A DNA stretch of 64,000 bases, from positions 1 to 64,000 of IMG/VR virus record IMGVR_UViG_2724679183_000002; one strand, written 5' to 3'. The notes beneath the pieces were generated by a model. It was not told the DNA's origin and searched no databases. It was given only the letters and a program-made list of their open reading frames with translations. How positions within the stretch are numbered: the stretch's first letter is position 1; every line of letters begins with the position of its first letter. This document shows, one piece after another, positions 22,284-35,977 of the stretch. The DNA is from a virus (lineage: Duplodnaviria; Caudoviricetes). A program made the translations under genes and the position numbers.

Positions 22284-25200
22284 CTATTGTTGAGTTGATT
22301 TGATTAATTCTTCTAAGTAAGCGATTCTTTCTTCTAAACTCTGTAATCTTCCTTTTGTACCGCCTAATGTTTGACCTCTGATAATGGATTCGGCTTTCTT
22401 TCCGATTACGTTGTATACAGACTTTTCATCTGAGATTGCATAAACAGAATATCCTTGCCACCAATCTTGAGCTTGAAAAACTCTAACCCAAGCTTCAAAC
22501 CAATTTGCCTGAATTAATTCATTGTATTCTCCTAAATCACCAAACGCATTGTGGGGTTGCTCTGGGGAGTTACTGTAAGGCGGTATTCCTAGCTCACCAA
22601 AGAAAATTGGTTTGTTCCATTTATCATAGAACGCTTTGATTTCCTTGAATATGTTCTGTCCTCGGCCATACAGAGGTACGCTATAGATAGCATCAATTAA
22701 CTGATCAACAGATGGATTTCGGTTATCAGTTAATTCAAAATAAGCTGCTATTGCTATAATATCGACTAATCCAAATATAGGATTGTTCAATTTTTTATTG
22801 TACGCAGTAACAGTCTCAGGAGCCCAGTCTGCAGTTACCCAATAATTTGTCCGGTAAAGTATCTTGCCAGAAAATGTACTTCTGAGCCCAGTAATAATTG
22901 ATTTCCACTTATCTGTTGAGTCCTCCATATGGACTAAGTTAGAAGCAATGTATAATCCATCAACTTTATATTGCTCACATTTTTTAGCGAAGTCTTGTAG
23001 GATGTTATTCCATACAGTGAACCATTGGTTTAGATCGGAAGGAATCCAATCGGTTTCTGCTATTGTTCCATTAGCAATGAAAGGGTAGGGCTCTAAGACA
23101 ATGTTGTATCCATCATTCTTAAGCTTAGGAATCATAGCCCATGCCTCATTATACGTATAGTCAACAATAGTTGGATTTGAATCTAAAGCATTCACAGCAT
23201 TAATAAGAATGGGGATCGTAATGGTATTTAGGTTCAGAACAGTGGAATCATTGCTAACATCAGCATAGTGTTTACGACCAAACGCTGAGACATTTCCACC
23301 TTTCCATTTCAGGGGATTAACTATGAGGTTGTTTAACTCAATGTTTTGAACACGATTATCATAGTCGGAGAGCTTGGAGTCAACCTGTGCTACTGTGGTT
23401 TCAACCAGTTCAGCTGTTTTTTGGTCGCTGGAGACCCATTTTTCACCGTCATAAGATGAAACAACGCCTGTAACCGTGTTAGTCCATAAATCGTTTGCTT
23501 CTGGTTCTTCAGGCTCAGTTGAGGAGACAGTGTATTTCGAGCCATTTAGCTTGCCTTTAACCTCTACAGTAGAAGAGGGGAGGTAGGGGTTTTCATTGGG
23601 ATGAAGGGATTTTACGATGTCAGATCCAATGAATTGAGTTATCTCTATATCTGCATCAACTCTTCTATAAGCTTGAATACCGATTGTGTAATACATATTG
23701 GAGGGGAGTCCTGTAAATGTAGTAGCTCGTTTGTCATACTTTACATTCTTCAGGTCTTCACTTGCCATTTTTGAACCGAAAACATATTCTTCATTTTTGT
23801 TGCTTCCATGCAGATAAATTTCAAAACCATCAATATTGTATTGATCCTCGTTTGATTCAACATAGTCCCATTGGAAAGTCACATCAACAGAACCATCATC
23901 ATTGGTCGTATGTGAAATAGCAGTGCCGTCCTTTGCGATAATGGGGGAGGCTGGTTTAACAGCAATCCTGTCATTACGTCGATTGAAGTTTTCAGTAACC
24001 TCATCGTACTTGATTTTCCTTTTGTTTGTCTCAGTGCTAATTTTATTTGTTCGATAAACTGTTTTCAGCATGTTCTCAAAATCCGATGATGTTCGCTTCC
24101 CGTTTGAAACTGCAATGCTTAAATTAGACTGTTCAAAATCAATCGAAATAGCAGTTATTGTTGCTTTTACATCGGTATAGAAGCTTTTCTGTTGTACTCT
24201 TACGATGTCTCCAAGAGAAAACCTATCCCAGTTATGTTTTTCACTAATGCAATTGAAAAAGTTCACTAACCCTAATGTTAAATTTACTGGTGGAGCATTG
24301 CGTTTCTCCAGTTCTTCATTAGCTGCATCATATAATTCATTTTCATCATAAATGCTGTCATTCGACCATTCAGCGAAGCTAACATATTTAAACAATTCTT
24401 TCTGAAGTCCATTATCAAAGTTCTTCTCATACGAAAGTTTTTCTTTTAATTTAGTAATTTGAGTTGAAATTTTTGTAATGGAAGCTTGTATCGCTTTAAT
24501 TTCTTCTTTTTTAATTTCAACTTCTTTCGATTTTGCATCTCTCTGTTTTATTAGATCAGCAGTATCATCACCGGCTTTACTTGCAACTGTAATCCTGTCT
24601 AATATCTTTTGAAAATCAAGCTGAAGCGTATATAGATCATTATTCGATGTTGTTTCTTTTTCCTCGGCTTTCTTTTTCTCATCTAAAAGTTTGTAGAAAG
24701 AGTTGCCCTCATTATTAACCAGGTCGTTGTAATCTAAAATTGCATGACAAAGGGCGTCAGACATGTAGTTGCTTCTTTGTATTACATTTCGCTCCTGGTC
24801 ACGCTGGAAAGGGTAGATGAAGTATGAAAAATCATCTATATATGATAGCCCTGTTGGGTTTACGGAGTTGATGCTCAATCCATCCTTACCTGTAGCGTAA
24901 ATTCTTGTAACGACATCATCCATATCCTCAATATCATCCAGAGAAATCATATATTGGGCAGGAGTTATTTTAAGCCCCTTATATTTAGACACATCAGATT
25001 CTTTGTAAAAATCAACAGTACAGTCAATTGTATTAAAAACAGGAATCGCTTCGAATTTCTCGCAAATTGAATATATAAAATCAAGCTTGTTTGAAGAAGT
25101 GATGTCAAACTGTCTGTATTTTAAATTGAAGAGCGGGTCAATAAAGCCGATAGACCATTCAGTGTTTTTTAGACAGTCGGTAACGACCTCTTTAAGATTT

Positions 25201-25580
25201 TTCGAAGTTTCTTCATACTTAATGACACCTTGTTTGGAAAGTACATATTGAAGTGATTTACATTCAACCTGGATAGTGTCCATATCATTACTGTATGATT
25301 TGGTTTTCTTGACTACTGTAAACCAGATTGTAAGTCCATAAAATTCTGATTTTATTAAGTACCAAGGTCTCAATAGATCAACAACATGATTTCGTTTATT
25401 TACGCCATCGTAAGTAGCAGTTAAAGGAATTGAGAATGTTAATTCGTGAACATTGCTTCCATGATTGAGCGTTACCATAGGGTTGATTACTTCATCAATA
25501 TTTGCGATCTTTATTTTATTTGGTTTGGCTAGGGAAAGACGAATGTCTTTAATTTCCGTGTCTTTACGAATTGTAATCAA
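22284..25580 (-). CDS. yomG: Tail tip (Tal-like) protein with C-terminal glycoside-hydrolase-like TIM barrel
   Basis: N-terminal prophage tail domain ([12 protein letters not shown]), coiled coil, FN3-like unit; C-terminus with GH-A clan-like motifs ([19 protein letters not shown]). Confidence 0.8.
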   Translation of the reverse strand: MITIRKDTEIKDIRLSLAKPNKIKIANIDEVINPMVTLNHGSNVHELTFSIPLTATYDGVNKRNHVVDLLRPWYLIKSEFYGLTIWFTVVKKTKSYSNDMDTIQVECKSLQYVLSKQGVIKYEETSKNLKEVVTDCLKNTEWSIGFIDPLFNLKYRQFDITSSNKLDFIYSICEKFEAIPVFNTIDCTVDFYKESDVSKYKGLKITPAQYMISLDDIEDMDDVVTRIYATGKDGLSINSVNPTGLSYIDDFSYFIYPFQRDQERNVIQRSNYMSDALCHAILDYNDLVNNEGNSFYKLLDEKKKAEEKETTSNNDLYTLQLDFQKILDRITVASKAGDDTADLIKQRDAKSKEVEIKKEEIKAIQASITKISTQITKLKEKLSYEKNFDNGLQKELFKYVSFAEWSNDSIYDENELYDAANEELEKRNAPPVNLTLGLVNFFNCISEKHNWDRFSLGDIVRVQQKSFYTDVKATITAISIDFEQSNLSIAVSNGKRTSSDFENMLKTVYRTNKISTETNKRKIKYDEVTENFNRRNDRIAVKPASPIIAKDGTAISHTTNDDGSVDVTFQWDYVESNEDQYNIDGFEIYLHGSNKNEEYVFGSKMASEDLKNVKYDKRATTFTGLPSNMYYTIGIQAYRRVDADIEITQFIGSDIVKSLHPNENPYLPSSTVEVKGKLNGSKYTVSSTEPEEPEANDLWTNTVTGVVSSYDGEKWVSSDQKTAELVETTVAQVDSKLSDYDNRVQNIELNNLIVNPLKWKGGNVSAFGRKHYADVSNDSTVLNLNTITIPILINAVNALDSNPTIVDYTYNEAWAMIPKLKNDGYNIVLEPYPFIANGTIAETDWIPSDLNQWFTVWNNILQDFAKKCEQYKVDGLYIASNLVHMEDSTDKWKSIITGLRSTFSGKILYRTNYWVTADWAPETVTAYNKKLNNPIFGLVDIIAIAAYFELTDNRNPSVDQLIDAIYSVPLYGRGQNIFKEIKAFYDKWNKPIFFGELGIPPYSNSPEQPHNAFGDLGEYNELIQANWFEAWVRVFQAQDWWQGYSVYAISDEKSVYNVIGKKAESIIRGQTLGGTKGRLQSLEERIAYLEELIKSTQQ

Positions 25581-25594
25581 ATGTCTAACCCCTC

Positions 25595-26356
25595 CTACAA
25601 ATACTTGTATCTAAATGAAAATCTTAATTTGCAATTCCCTGTAACCTTTAATCTGTTCCTTCCAAAGCTCAATCTCAAGTATTGATCATTAAAATCATCA
25701 TATCGTTCATTCCCATAAAGATTGGACTCGATGATTTCTTTTTCGCCGTTTATTTTTAAGAGCTCCTTATCTTTCAAGTTACTGAATATGAACGGTTCAC
25801 TGAAATCACTGAGATTTTCGATTTTTATGTCACCATCTCCAATTTTTAATATTTCTAAAGTGGGGAAGATGTTTACATCGCCTTTATTATATAACTCAAC
25901 AATTTCAGAACCAGAAGATATATCAAATGCATGAGTGACTGCATTTCGACTGTAAGCGTAAGGGGAGTTGCATTTCATAGTTAACCGAACGTAGCCATTA
26001 CGAGCAGCATTATGAACTAAATCAGCTGTATCTACAGGCATTGCATAATAAACGATATCGAGGTTTTGGCTGAATGCTAAAGGCTTGTAATCATCTACAC
26101 TTAACCAACGTTTAATAGCTCGTACATTCTTTTCATCAAAGTGATCACCTAAATAAAAATTCAATGGGAATTGTTTAGGTTCCTGTTTTACACCTTCAAT
26201 GTAAGGTTCAGGTCGACCCTTTACATAAGTTTCATTAACTGTTCTTGAGCCTAAAAACGGTTCCTCAACTAAACCTGAATCAGTATTAACGCTTGTTACG
26301 CCATAGTCACTTGATTTTTCATCATTAAATAAAATATAGAGGCTTTCTCTAATCAT
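25595..26356 (-). CDS. yomH: Distal tail protein (Dit)
   Basis: Follows tape measure; [22 protein letters not shown] motifs. Confidence 0.85.
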   Translation of the reverse strand: MIRESLYILFNDEKSSDYGVTSVNTDSGLVEEPFLGSRTVNETYVKGRPEPYIEGVKQEPKQFPLNFYLGDHFDEKNVRAIKRWLSVDDYKPLAFSQNLDIVYYAMPVDTADLVHNAARNGYVRLTMKCNSPYAYSRNAVTHAFDISSGSEIVELYNKGDVNIFPTLEILKIGDGDIKIENLSDFSEPFIFSNLKDKELLKINGEKEIIESNLYGNERYDDFNDQYLRLSFGRNRLKVTGNCKLRFSFRYKYL

Positions 26357-26399
26357 TTTTATCACCTCATCAATAAGAAGAGCCAGCATATGTACTGGC

Positions 26400-29300
26400 T
26401 CATGAGTTGTTGAAATTTATACCCTTGTTTTTAAGACCATTTGCAAATTTATTGAATACAAAATCAGCTGTTTTCTGCGGATTCCCTGATTCGTTAATGG
26501 TGAATTCAACTTTAAAATCATTGTTGTTTATAGTGCCACTTACTGACTTAGCAGCGTCTGGTGGGGAAGAGATGTTTTGAATACTCGGTATCAAACTGTT
26601 AGATAGGCTCGCCTGATTAATATTCGGAATTATTGATGGAATAGAGGTAATTCCTTTGTTAATTAAGGCTGCTAATTTTCCACCTTGACCCCATTTAGGA
26701 GACTCATCTGGAGTGTTGTTCTGACGAACAGCTTTTACTGTATTCAGGATGTTTGCAGTGTCAGTTTTATTAAGGATAAGCTCTTTATCGTGAAGGAAGG
26801 CGAGCTTACCTGCGCCTAGCCCTGTTCCTGTATATCCACCTGAGGCAAAAGACGATACCTTCTTACCAGTGGTATTACCTTTGGTTACAGTATTAAGGGC
26901 ATTAGAAGCTTCTTTAAGCTTATCAATAAGGTTATTAGAGATGCTTTTCCCAATGGACTCCATATTGCTATTAATGAACTTAGAGAACTCATTAAGTTGT
27001 TTAGCAATATCGGTGATCTTTCCATCCATAAGCTTCTTCTCAAGATCCTTAAAAGCTCGCTCATCATTAACGAGATCATCGTATTTATTGTTAATTGAAT
27101 CTTCGTCTTTTTGAAGCTGATCTTGTAACGCTTCTTTTCGTTTGCTGTTTTCACGATCTTTAAGAAACTCATCTAATGCCTCTTGCTGTTCTTGAAGCTG
27201 CTTCTCTAAGTCTTTAACCTGTGATTTTGCTTCATCTGAGTCATCGAGGGATAGTTTGTTAAGCTTATCTTTGGTTTCCTGGATAGCCTGATTCTTTTCT
27301 TTGAGCTCTTTTTGATATTTAGCTTCATCATCAGTTTTATCAATCTCATCAATCAAGTCTTGTGTAGCTTTTTGATGCGCTTTTAATTCAATGTCCCGCA
27401 TCTTTTCGTACATCTCTTTGTAGATGGAAACAACTTCATCAGCAAGAGATTTGTATACGTCTTTGATTGATTTTTTGGTGTTGTAAAGCTCTAGGTTGTA
27501 ATCCTTCTGCTTATCTTTCCAGTTTTCAATTTCCTCAGTGATTTGCTTCTGAATATCAGGGAAGCCTTTAGCAGCTTTCTTTTGTGCTTCCAGCTGTTTA
27601 ATGTACTTTTTCGCTTCAGTTTGTTGCTGCTGAATTAGCTTAATTTGTTGGCTGTAATATTTGACCTTATCCTTGTCGTTTTCGGTCATGGATATCTTAT
27701 TGTCAACATCTTTAAGTTTAGATTCAGTTTTCTTAGTTGATTTCTCAATCCCGTTAAGTGTTTCATCAACTTTAGATTGAATGAGCTGTCCTTGAAGTTC
27801 TCTTACTTCTTCTTGGAAATTGATGAGATCAATTTTAGCTTGTTTTAATTCCTCAGCAAGCTGTGCTCTTTGAGCAGAATTCAGAGTTTTGTTTGTCTTG
27901 ATTTCTTTTTCAATGAATGAAACCTTTTGACTCTGAATCTTTTGTTGCTCGGTTAAAGCTTTTTTCTGATCCTCTGTGTATTTGCGGAACTCTTTGCTGT
28001 CGCTTAAATAGTGGCTAGCTAGCGCTTTATCTTTAGCGATTCTTACATCAAAATCGCCTATACGCTTATCATATTCATCAAGCTTCGATTGAACGATTTC
28101 ATATCTGAGCTCTTGAATCTGATCATTGACTGAATCAATATCACCTTGAAGAGAGAGGAGGTCAGATTTAGCTTGAGCAATTGCTTGCTGTCGTTCTGCT
28201 TCAGCTTGTGATGCATCTGAAATAGAAGTTCCGACGCCTTTTAAATATTTCTCAGGATCAATTGTTTTCCCGTTTTGCTCAATCTGTAGATGAAGGTGGT
28301 TACCAGTTGAATTACCCGTGCTACCAACTTTACCGATAGTCTGTCCAGCTTTAACAGTTTGCCCAGTTTTAACAGAAGGGGTGTTAAGCATGTGCATGTA
28401 TTTAGCAACTGTTCCATCGTCCTGTTGAATAACAACCCAGTTACCAGCTGTTTTACTATAACCAGCGACTTGAACCTTACCACTTTGCAATGATTTAATT
28501 GCAGTGCCAGCTTTGGCAGCGAAGTCTGTTCCTTTATGTGGAGTAGATCGGTAAGCCCCGTCTTGTGCTCCATACTTAGAACTTATTCTAAATGCACTGT
28601 TCTTTGTGTAGTAGCTTGCAATGGAAGAATTAGCAGAAGTCATTGACTTAGTGTAATTCGACATGATCTTCTGAACATAATTCTGCGTTTCCTTGAAAGG
28701 AGGGATGCCACCGTATTTGATTACATTCCCAGGCCCAGCGTTATAAGCAGCTAGAGCTTTTTCGACACTGCCGCCGAATTTGCTTAGTTGTTGAGCTAAA
28801 TATTTCGTACCACCCATAATGTTCTGATACGGATCATAAACGTTATTTACGCCTAAGCTCTTAGCGGTGGATGGCATTAACTGCATCAACCCAGCAGCGC
28901 CAGCTCCAGAGCGGGCTCTTGCATTGAAACCCGATTCCTGTTGGATTACAGCGGCTATTAAAGCTGGATCAACACCGTATTTACTTGCGGCAGAATTAAT
29001 ATAGCTGGAGTATTTACCTGAATATGATCCACCACCAGAAGTATAAGAACCACCGGAAGATGAACCGGAAGAGGAGGTGACAATACCGTATTGAGCAATG
29101 TTACCTGATTTAATTTGATCTTTGAGAAGCTTGGCTTGCTCCTGCATCAGCTTTTTCTTCTGTTGAAGAGCCTTGATTTCTTTCTGTAGGGCATTTCGAT
29201 AACTTTGAGAATACTTTGGATAGTCATTTACTTGCTTATTGTACTTTTCAATTTCAGCATTGACTTTTTCCAAAGCTTCTTTGTATTTATCAGCCACATA

Positions 29301-32300
29301 CATTGACGTTTTTGTTTCTTCAGAAGCTTTTTCACTTGAGGAAGATAAGTCGTCGAGGGACGTACCTGTTTCAGATAAAGATGTTGAAGCCAAATCCGCC
29401 AATTTATCAAGCTCTTTAAGCTGATCGGTGATATCAGTGACCTGATTTAAATCATCCTGCGTTTTCGGTAGGAACTGTAGCGCACCACTGTTTCCTTTTT
29501 TTAGTTCGTCATATATTTTTTTCTTATTCTCTTCCAGCTCAGATTTCATGTTATAAGCGTCTTGAACAGTCTTAATTGCCTTAACTTCAGACTTATACAT
29601 GTTAATCTTTTTATTTAATGTATTAGCTTGATTAATTAGATCTTGTCTTACAGATTGTTGCATATCATTGTAAGCTTTGAGTTTTGTGTCTCGAAGCTTG
29701 ACAACTGCATTTCTGTTGATTTTTACAACGCCATTTTCAACTGAAATTGCATCAGCAAGATCATGTTCTTTCTGAATTAGCTTCATGGCTTCTGTTGCAG
29801 ATATGCTTTTACCTTCAGACATTTTTTCAAGAAGATTATTTAAAGGGGAGATGCTGTCAGACATTGTGTCATAAGCTTCATTCTGGATAGCCGATATCGC
29901 CGCATCGTTTTGCTTCGAATCAACTAAATCATCAATGATTCCTTTAATTGCTTCAAAATCACCTTTTGCTTCTTTGAGCTTGTCAGATAAATTCCCGACT
30001 TGCTCTCCTAATGCATCTACACCTTCACCATTTTCATCCCAAGTAACTTTTGCAGTTTTAGCTGAGTCGTTTGTAGAGTCAATGGCGGTTTTAAGGTCAT
30101 CATAAGATAAAGCCAAACCATTAGCTTTGTCTTTACCACTCATGTATTGGTTGATAAGTTGTTCTAAGCTTTTGGAGGCAGAATCAAATTTATCTTGGTT
30201 GCCTGATTGAAGTGCTTTCTGAATTTTTTCCATGTACTTTGAAACATTAATGGAAAAAGACTCAAGCTCGTCTGCGCTCATTTTACTGAAGTCAATTTTA
30301 TCAAACGCATCAGATATTTCTTTTGAGAGGTTAGGGTTGATTTTTATTGAATTAAAGGCATCAATAGTCTGTTGTACTTGTTCTCTAATTTTAGCTTGTG
30401 AGCTAGACAGTTCTTGTTCGGTGCGCAATGCGTCTTGTTCAGCTTTAATCCCTTGATTCTTTTTGTCATTTTCAGACGAGAAGATATCCCAGCTCTTACC
30501 GTTTTTATAATAGTCGGCAATTTGCTTATATTGCTTTATTTTATCATTTAGCTTATCAATGTCTTTTAAGCTTTCCTTGAAGTTGCTGTTTGCTCCTGTT
30601 TGTATGTCTTTCTTATTTAGATTAGAAAGATCTTCAGTGTATTTTATAGCATCCTTTAGTGCTTGATTTTTCTTGAGAATTGCTTGACCTTGAGAATCAT
30701 AACCAGCAATTAAGTTCGGGAAAGTTTGTGCCAATTGTTGTGTTACTTGTAGGTATTCTTGTTCTTTTTCAGATGAAAGTGTGCCCGCATCTTTAGCTTT
30801 TTGGAGTTCTTTATATTGACTTATTAGCTTATCGGTTTCGCCTTTATTTGTAGTGATTGCTTCAATACTAGTTGTTTTAGCTTGTTCAAAATCTTCCCTG
30901 GCTTGTTTCAATTCAGAATAAGAAGAAATCAATTTTTCAATTACGATACCAAGGCCGACCATTGCTGCCATAGGGAGAAAGCTTCCTGCTAAGAATGCAC
31001 TTGTTGAAATTGCTATTTTCTTAAGACTGCCCATTGCAATACTTGAAGCATTAACAACTCTTGTCCATATTGCAGTTTTAGCTGACGCAGCTGTAGCTCC
31101 AACCCCTACAGCATTAAAATTCAAGACAAGATTTTTAAGCGTGGAAATTGCAGTCATTCCTGTTGACAAAGTAGCCGTACGAAGGGAAGTGTTAAAGAGA
31201 AGGATGGAGGCAGTTGCTGCTCCGAATACTTGTGGGAGAAGACCGACTGACTTTGTAATCTGTGCACTCATTTGCATTAATCCTTTAAGTGCATCTGCAA
31301 ATACAACAATACTATCGGATATGAAAGCTTCACTGGATGCAACGGACATTTCAGTGAATGCATTAGATAATCTATTTAGTCTAGCTTGTAAACTGTCTGC
31401 ATATTTCTGTTGCTCACTCCATGCACTGCCTGCAGAATTGGCAGCAGTTGTAGCGGCATTTTGAGAAATTGAAAAGTTGTTCATTAATGCGTTAAATCTA
31501 GACAGTTGGTAAATTCCTGCTACACCTATTGAGGTGTTTTGCTTTTGAGCATCACTTAATGTGTTCCATTTCTCTGCTAATTCATTAATTAAATCACTTG
31601 CTGATTTAGCTTCTCCACTTGCTGTTTTTACGGAAATTCCAATCTGCTCTAATGCTTTTATAGAACTGTCATTATTGCCGATTCGGGCAAAAATCGTCTT
31701 TAATGAGTTACCGACTATATTTCCCGATTCACGAGTAGTACTAGCAATAGCTGTGGTATAACCAATTAGGTCATTTAATTCAACACCGAACGTTGAAGCA
31801 GTTGAACCGGCCTTGCGAATTGAATTAGCCAGATCAAGAGTAGTAACGGCATAGTTGTTGTCGACTTCGTTCAATTTATCTGCAATTGAAATTGAATCAT
31901 TAGCGGCAATATTAAAGTTTAGCATAGCAGCCGTCAAAGTATTGACAGTATCATCAGGAGTTAAATCGGAGACGTTTTGGAGAACCTGCGCAGTCTTTGT
32001 CAACGTGGAGAGTTCACTTTCATCAAATCCCATACGTCCAAAATCACCAGTCATTTGGAGAATATCAGTGAATTTGTTGGAGAGGGAATCGCCTAAGTTG
32101 ATTGACTCTTGGAGCAACTCGTTATATTTGTAATCAGGCTCATTCATGACTCGGCGAATATTTGTCATGAGTGTATCAATTTCAACGGCCTGAGATACCA
32201 TTTCTTTGAGTCCTGAAATGGCACCATAGAATAAGGAACCAGAGATTAAATATGTTGACATACTTTTGAATGTTTGGGTTAATTCTGCTCCAAAAGAAGA

Positions 32301-33275
32301 GGCTTGACTAGCGGCTGCTTGTGCGTTTGAAGCTAGTTCCCTAAATTGCATATTCAAGCCTTGCATTTGTGACCTGATATTGCTACTGCCAGCACTTACG
32401 TTAAGACTATTTACTGCGTTCAGATATTCTTGGACAGCTTGTCTATTGCCTGCGCCCATCGTATCGCCATAACGTGTATTAAGGTTTTGCACGTTTACTT
32501 GTGCTTGGCGTTGATACAACTCAATTGTTTTTCTAAGTTCATTGTTTTTCGCTACTGCTGCAGACTTATCATCAAGCATTTTGATTCTGTTTTGTAATGC
32601 TTCAATTTGTTGAGCAGTTTGAGCAGTGTTTAATTTCCTCCCAAGTGAAGAGAGGGTAGTATCAGTTACAATTCCTTGCTGTCTAAGTTTTTCTAAATCC
32701 AGCTTTAATTGTTCAATTGCTTTTCGTTGCTGATCATAGTTCGTTGTAACTTTTGAAGCTGTAGAGTTTGTCTTTGGATCAGTTGTATAAGTGATATCAT
32801 CAAAGCCATTGCGATTCTTTTGAGTGACTCTGGTTGTTTGTCCTTGAGCATTCTTTTGTTCGGTTTTCTTCTGAATCTGTCCAAGTTTTTCAGTAGCTTG
32901 AGCAAGTCTGTTAACTTCTTGAGTTTGCTCACGCAATGATTGATTACGATTGTCTATCGTCTTTGTTTCACGCTGAATGATTTCGCCATTTTTCTTGTAT
33001 TGTTGTGTCAGCTTTTCAACAGTACCATCGGCATTTCTTGTAATTGTTGTGGTTTCTTTAACGGTTTGATTGAAGGATTTGAGGTGTTTTTGATAAGTGT
33101 CAACTGCAGATGAAAAATCGCTGAGAGTCTTTAAAGCAGAGGCATCAATATTGGTCTTTAAATTAAGGGAATTAAGCTTTTTCTCTAAAGATTTAATCTG
33201 CTGATTCAACTGTTCGACAGTTTTGGAAGAAGTATCAGCTTTTGGGGTCAATATTATTTTTAAATCTTGACTCAA
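26400..33275 (-). CDS. cwlP: Tape measure protein with lytic transglycosylase and M23 peptidase domains (CwlP/YomI)
   Basis: TMP domain; [20 protein letters not shown] and AAYNAG (SLT); HKGTD, YMHM, HLHL (M23). Confidence 0.95.
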   Translation of the reverse strand: MSQDLKIILTPKADTSSKTVEQLNQQIKSLEKKLNSLNLKTNIDASALKTLSDFSSAVDTYQKHLKSFNQTVKETTTITRNADGTVEKLTQQYKKNGEIIQRETKTIDNRNQSLREQTQEVNRLAQATEKLGQIQKKTEQKNAQGQTTRVTQKNRNGFDDITYTTDPKTNSTASKVTTNYDQQRKAIEQLKLDLEKLRQQGIVTDTTLSSLGRKLNTAQTAQQIEALQNRIKMLDDKSAAVAKNNELRKTIELYQRQAQVNVQNLNTRYGDTMGAGNRQAVQEYLNAVNSLNVSAGSSNIRSQMQGLNMQFRELASNAQAAASQASSFGAELTQTFKSMSTYLISGSLFYGAISGLKEMVSQAVEIDTLMTNIRRVMNEPDYKYNELLQESINLGDSLSNKFTDILQMTGDFGRMGFDESELSTLTKTAQVLQNVSDLTPDDTVNTLTAAMLNFNIAANDSISIADKLNEVDNNYAVTTLDLANSIRKAGSTASTFGVELNDLIGYTTAIASTTRESGNIVGNSLKTIFARIGNNDSSIKALEQIGISVKTASGEAKSASDLINELAEKWNTLSDAQKQNTSIGVAGIYQLSRFNALMNNFSISQNAATTAANSAGSAWSEQQKYADSLQARLNRLSNAFTEMSVASSEAFISDSIVVFADALKGLMQMSAQITKSVGLLPQVFGAATASILLFNTSLRTATLSTGMTAISTLKNLVLNFNAVGVGATAASAKTAIWTRVVNASSIAMGSLKKIAISTSAFLAGSFLPMAAMVGLGIVIEKLISSYSELKQAREDFEQAKTTSIEAITTNKGETDKLISQYKELQKAKDAGTLSSEKEQEYLQVTQQLAQTFPNLIAGYDSQGQAILKKNQALKDAIKYTEDLSNLNKKDIQTGANSNFKESLKDIDKLNDKIKQYKQIADYYKNGKSWDIFSSENDKKNQGIKAEQDALRTEQELSSSQAKIREQVQQTIDAFNSIKINPNLSKEISDAFDKIDFSKMSADELESFSINVSKYMEKIQKALQSGNQDKFDSASKSLEQLINQYMSGKDKANGLALSYDDLKTAIDSTNDSAKTAKVTWDENGEGVDALGEQVGNLSDKLKEAKGDFEAIKGIIDDLVDSKQNDAAISAIQNEAYDTMSDSISPLNNLLEKMSEGKSISATEAMKLIQKEHDLADAISVENGVVKINRNAVVKLRDTKLKAYNDMQQSVRQDLINQANTLNKKINMYKSEVKAIKTVQDAYNMKSELEENKKKIYDELKKGNSGALQFLPKTQDDLNQVTDITDQLKELDKLADLASTSLSETGTSLDDLSSSSEKASEETKTSMYVADKYKEALEKVNAEIEKYNKQVNDYPKYSQSYRNALQKEIKALQQKKKLMQEQAKLLKDQIKSGNIAQYGIVTSSSGSSSGGSYTSGGGSYSGKYSSYINSAASKYGVDPALIAAVIQQESGFNARARSGAGAAGLMQLMPSTAKSLGVNNVYDPYQNIMGGTKYLAQQLSKFGGSVEKALAAYNAGPGNVIKYGGIPPFKETQNYVQKIMSNYTKSMTSANSSIASYYTKNSAFRISSKYGAQDGAYRSTPHKGTDFAAKAGTAIKSLQSGKVQVAGYSKTAGNWVVIQQDDGTVAKYMHMLNTPSVKTGQTVKAGQTIGKVGSTGNSTGNHLHLQIEQNGKTIDPEKYLKGVGTSISDASQAEAERQQAIAQAKSDLLSLQGDIDSVNDQIQELRYEIVQSKLDEYDKRIGDFDVRIAKDKALASHYLSDSKEFRKYTEDQKKALTEQQKIQSQKVSFIEKEIKTNKTLNSAQRAQLAEELKQAKIDLINFQEEVRELQGQLIQSKVDETLNGIEKSTKKTESKLKDVDNKISMTENDKDKVKYYSQQIKLIQQQQTEAKKYIKQLEAQKKAAKGFPDIQKQITEEIENWKDKQKDYNLELYNTKKSIKDVYKSLADEVVSIYKEMYEKMRDIELKAHQKATQDLIDEIDKTDDEAKYQKELKEKNQAIQETKDKLNKLSLDDSDEAKSQVKDLEKQLQEQQEALDEFLKDRENSKRKEALQDQLQKDEDSINNKYDDLVNDERAFKDLEKKLMDGKITDIAKQLNEFSKFINSNMESIGKSISNNLIDKLKEASNALNTVTKGNTTGKKVSSFASGGYTGTGLGAGKLAFLHDKELILNKTDTANILNTVKAVRQNNTPDESPKWGQGGKLAALINKGITSIPSIIPNINQASLSNSLIPSIQNISSPPDAAKSVSGTINNNDFKVEFTINESGNPQKTADFVFNKFANGLKNKGINFNNS

Positions 33276-33338
33276 AAATCGGTCACATCCTTTCAAGTAG
33301 GGGAGAGTGTTTTTAGGACATATAAAAAAAGCCACTCA

Positions 33339-33965
33339 TTATTGAGCGACTTTGTTTGCTTTCCGTATTGCTATCTCCATAATCCCTTGCCATATTTCAG
33401 CATTTGATAAAGCATCTTTAACTTTTGGATCATCCTGTTTAAACCCTTTAACATTTTCTAAGCCAAATTCATCTTTACTTGGTAGGAAATCAAATCTGTA
33501 AATAGGGGAGGAGAAATCATCGAGCTTTAATTTCAAATCAATTTTTTTGAAGTATTTTGTTTCTGTCTTATTAGAAGATAGCCCGCCAACTAATGCTCCA
33601 ATACTTCCTGCTGCTAACCCACCAACAACAGCGCCTGTTATTTGGCTTCCTTTGGACACTTTTGTAACTGTGTTATCATCAATTGTAACTTCAGCTTGAA
33701 TTATTTTGCTGAAGGGGACAACTCTCTCTCCTAATGTTCCATCCTGATTGAAGCTGTGGATTACAAATTTATCTTCTGGATCAATTAAAGTAAGCTTTGC
33801 ATTTTTATCTGGATTTATGATGGACTTGTAATTAGAAGGGAAATTTCCGACTGTTTCAATCTCGTTGGCCCTTTTTTTGTCCATTTCTTTTTGCTTATCT
33901 GATGCGCTAACCCCAATAATAATGAAAGCGCCAACCACTAAAATTAGAATGATAGCCCAGATCAT
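33339..33965 (-). CDS. Membrane-anchored accessory protein (yomJ position; possible immunity/exclusion)
   Basis: N-terminal TM, Gly-zipper GAVVGGLAAGSIGALVGG; TATGAT/GATAAT-like promoter elements upstream. Confidence 0.65.
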   Translation of the reverse strand: MIWAIILILVVGAFIIIGVSASDKQKEMDKKRANEIETVGNFPSNYKSIINPDKNAKLTLIDPEDKFVIHSFNQDGTLGERVVPFSKIIQAEVTIDDNTVTKVSKGSQITGAVVGGLAAGSIGALVGGLSSNKTETKYFKKIDLKLKLDDFSSPIYRFDFLPSKDEFGLENVKGFKQDDPKVKDALSNAEIWQGIMEIAIRKANKVAQ

Positions 33966-34042
33966 CTAACCACCGCCAGTATTATTTTCCTACATTATAT
34001 CATGATTTCCAAAGGGTTAGAACTGGATTATTAGGTAAGAGA

Positions 34043-34522
34043 TTACTTGTTATTTTCTGATTTGACTTCCTCAAGCAAACTTCTGTATCTCGCTGCATTT
34101 GAACGATGATCTTTTCCTTTTCGCAAGCCAAAAGTGATAAGTAGGAATATTATCATGCTTAATAACACTCCAAAGCTCAGTGAAAGAAGTAGCTCAGGGG
34201 AATTATCTCGCACGTCAAACTTTAAATAAGCTATTATTTGGGTGGCGAAAAAGGTACTACTGGCAAGGACGCCAGGAACAATTTTAGAATTATCTGAAGC
34301 CTCTTCAATTTGTTTCATTCTCGCTATCGCAAGTACAATAACATCCTTATTTAAACGTCGTATGCGTTTTAATTCAGTCCTTGAACTACGTGTTTTAACA
34401 TAACTAAAACTGTCAATTATATAATCAATCAAATCTTCGTCTGACCAATCAAGCAATACTTCTTTTAGTATGTCTGGATTGTTTTTGATTTTTTTCTTTT
34501 TAAACCACATTTTAATATCCAC
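34043..34522 (-). CDS. Hypothetical two-TM membrane protein
   Basis: Two hydrophobic segments in the C-terminal half. Confidence 0.65.
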   Translation of the reverse strand: MDIKMWFKKKKIKNNPDILKEVLLDWSDEDLIDYIIDSFSYVKTRSSRTELKRIRRLNKDVIVLAIARMKQIEEASDNSKIVPGVLASSTFFATQIIAYLKFDVRDNSPELLLSLSFGVLLSMIIFLLITFGLRKGKDHRSNAARYRSLLEEVKSENNK

Positions 34523-34654
34523 CTCTCGGTAAATATCGGTAATGCAGTGGCAATATTTAATATTGACATTTTAATATACAACATGTAAAATTGATATTTT
34601 TTACTTTTGACTTAATTAATGGTACAATATCTTCAAAGAGGAGGGTTGTTAAAT

Positions 34655-34903
34655 ATGAATAAGATTAATCGTTACATATTAGCTTTAAAAACAACGGAAG
34701 GCCGAGTTTTGATAACAATGCTATTAATGTTCGAAGCTTTATCTGGGTCATTGTTTAGCCAGTTTAAAGCTGTGAATTTTACTGGTGCATCAATATTCGG
34801 AGTGATAGCTGCAATGAGCGTAGTTTTTCCCACTCTGCTTGTTAGCATTGTCATCTCAAAGGTTTGTAAAAATCTCATTGAAAAACCAGCCCCTACATAC
34901 TAA
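34655..34903 (+). CDS. Counter-oriented small membrane protein (moron)
   Basis: TTTACT-17-TACAAT promoter with TG extension (34600-34628), GAGGAGG RBS, CAGCCCCTACA/TGTAGGGGCTG terminator. Confidence 0.7.
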   Translation: MNKINRYILALKTTEGRVLITMLLMFEALSGSLFSQFKAVNFTGASIFGVIAAMSVVFPTLLVSIVISKVCKNLIEKPAPTY

Positions 34904-34986
34904 TGTGTAGGGGCTGTTGTTTTTACACATAAGCAAAATCCCTCTGCCTAGAGGAATCTTGATTCTGCATAAAAGAGGGATTTCAT

Positions 34987-35964
34987 TTACACTTCAAATT
35001 TTGCTTTCTTATCTTGAATAGCGTCTTTGTTTACCTCTAGATAGTGATTTTTTGTTACGTCAGTGCCTTTATGGTTCAATAATTGAGAAACGTCCTCTAG
35101 ACTCATGCCACTGTGATACAAAAGGTTACTACCACTGTGCCTTAAATCATGACAATGTAATTCAGGAATATCAATTATTTCTCCAATTCTCTTTATCCAA
35201 TACCCTTGTAAAGTTCCGGTTTCAGCTTTCTTCCATGTGCCTCCGTACTTTGTTATAAAAAGGTATTCGCATTCAATGCCGTTTTCTGATCTGTACTCCA
35301 GCCATTCCTTAACAAGATCAATAGCTCTTTGAGAAGGGAAGAGGGTGACTTTATATCCTTCTTTTTCAATGACATCTTCCACCCGAAGTCTTTCAAAGTC
35401 AATTTGTTCAATTTTAACGTTGCTTATAGCATTAGCTCTGGCCATCGTGGAGAGACCAAACTCAAAGAAAAGCTCTAGCTGAATATTTTCCTTCTTTTTA
35501 AGTCCTTTTCTTATTTCTTCGACTTGATCTTTCGTTAAGAAGGTTTGTTTAATTTGAAGTTTTTCACCTGTTCCTGCCTTAGGTCTATCTAAGAAATCAA
35601 CTGGATTTTCTTTAATTTTGCGCTTTTTTCTTAAAAATAAAAAGAACGAGCTAATGCTGCTCATTCGTCGCTGAATTCTTCGTTCATTGTTTCCTAAAAC
35701 ACTAGTACAAAAGGCAACAAAGTCTTCAATCAAATCCACCATGTCATCTGGATCTTCTTTAATGATGTCCACAATGTACCGGTTATTGTAATTCTCTAAA
35801 ATGTATACCAGCCATTGATTGAAATCTGATTGATATCCAACTTTACTGGATTCCGAAAGGTTCATGTTTTTAAAGACAAAATACTTTCGAATTAATTCCG
35901 CATTTTTGGGGTTAATTTTGCTGACCTTTTCTTTTGTTGCATATGATATCTTTTTTCTGGCCAT
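34987..35964 (-). CDS. yomM: Tyrosine recombinase
   Basis: STMARANA (Arg), EKEG (Lys), HDLRHS, LNH..T..T..HY catalytic residues. Confidence 0.9.
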   Translation of the reverse strand: MARKKISYATKEKVSKINPKNAELIRKYFVFKNMNLSESSKVGYQSDFNQWLVYILENYNNRYIVDIIKEDPDDMVDLIEDFVAFCTSVLGNNERRIQRRMSSISSFFLFLRKKRKIKENPVDFLDRPKAGTGEKLQIKQTFLTKDQVEEIRKGLKKKENIQLELFFEFGLSTMARANAISNVKIEQIDFERLRVEDVIEKEGYKVTLFPSQRAIDLVKEWLEYRSENGIECEYLFITKYGGTWKKAETGTLQGYWIKRIGEIIDIPELHCHDLRHSGSNLLYHSGMSLEDVSQLLNHKGTDVTKNHYLEVNKDAIQDKKAKFEV

Positions 35965-35977
35965 TAATACACCACCG

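Noticed and set aside
34987-35964. YomM as the prophage integrase or a tail-fibre invertase
   Set aside because: Lies 28 kb from the att junction, SPbeta-type integration uses a serine recombinase, and no inverted alternative fibre cassettes are visible
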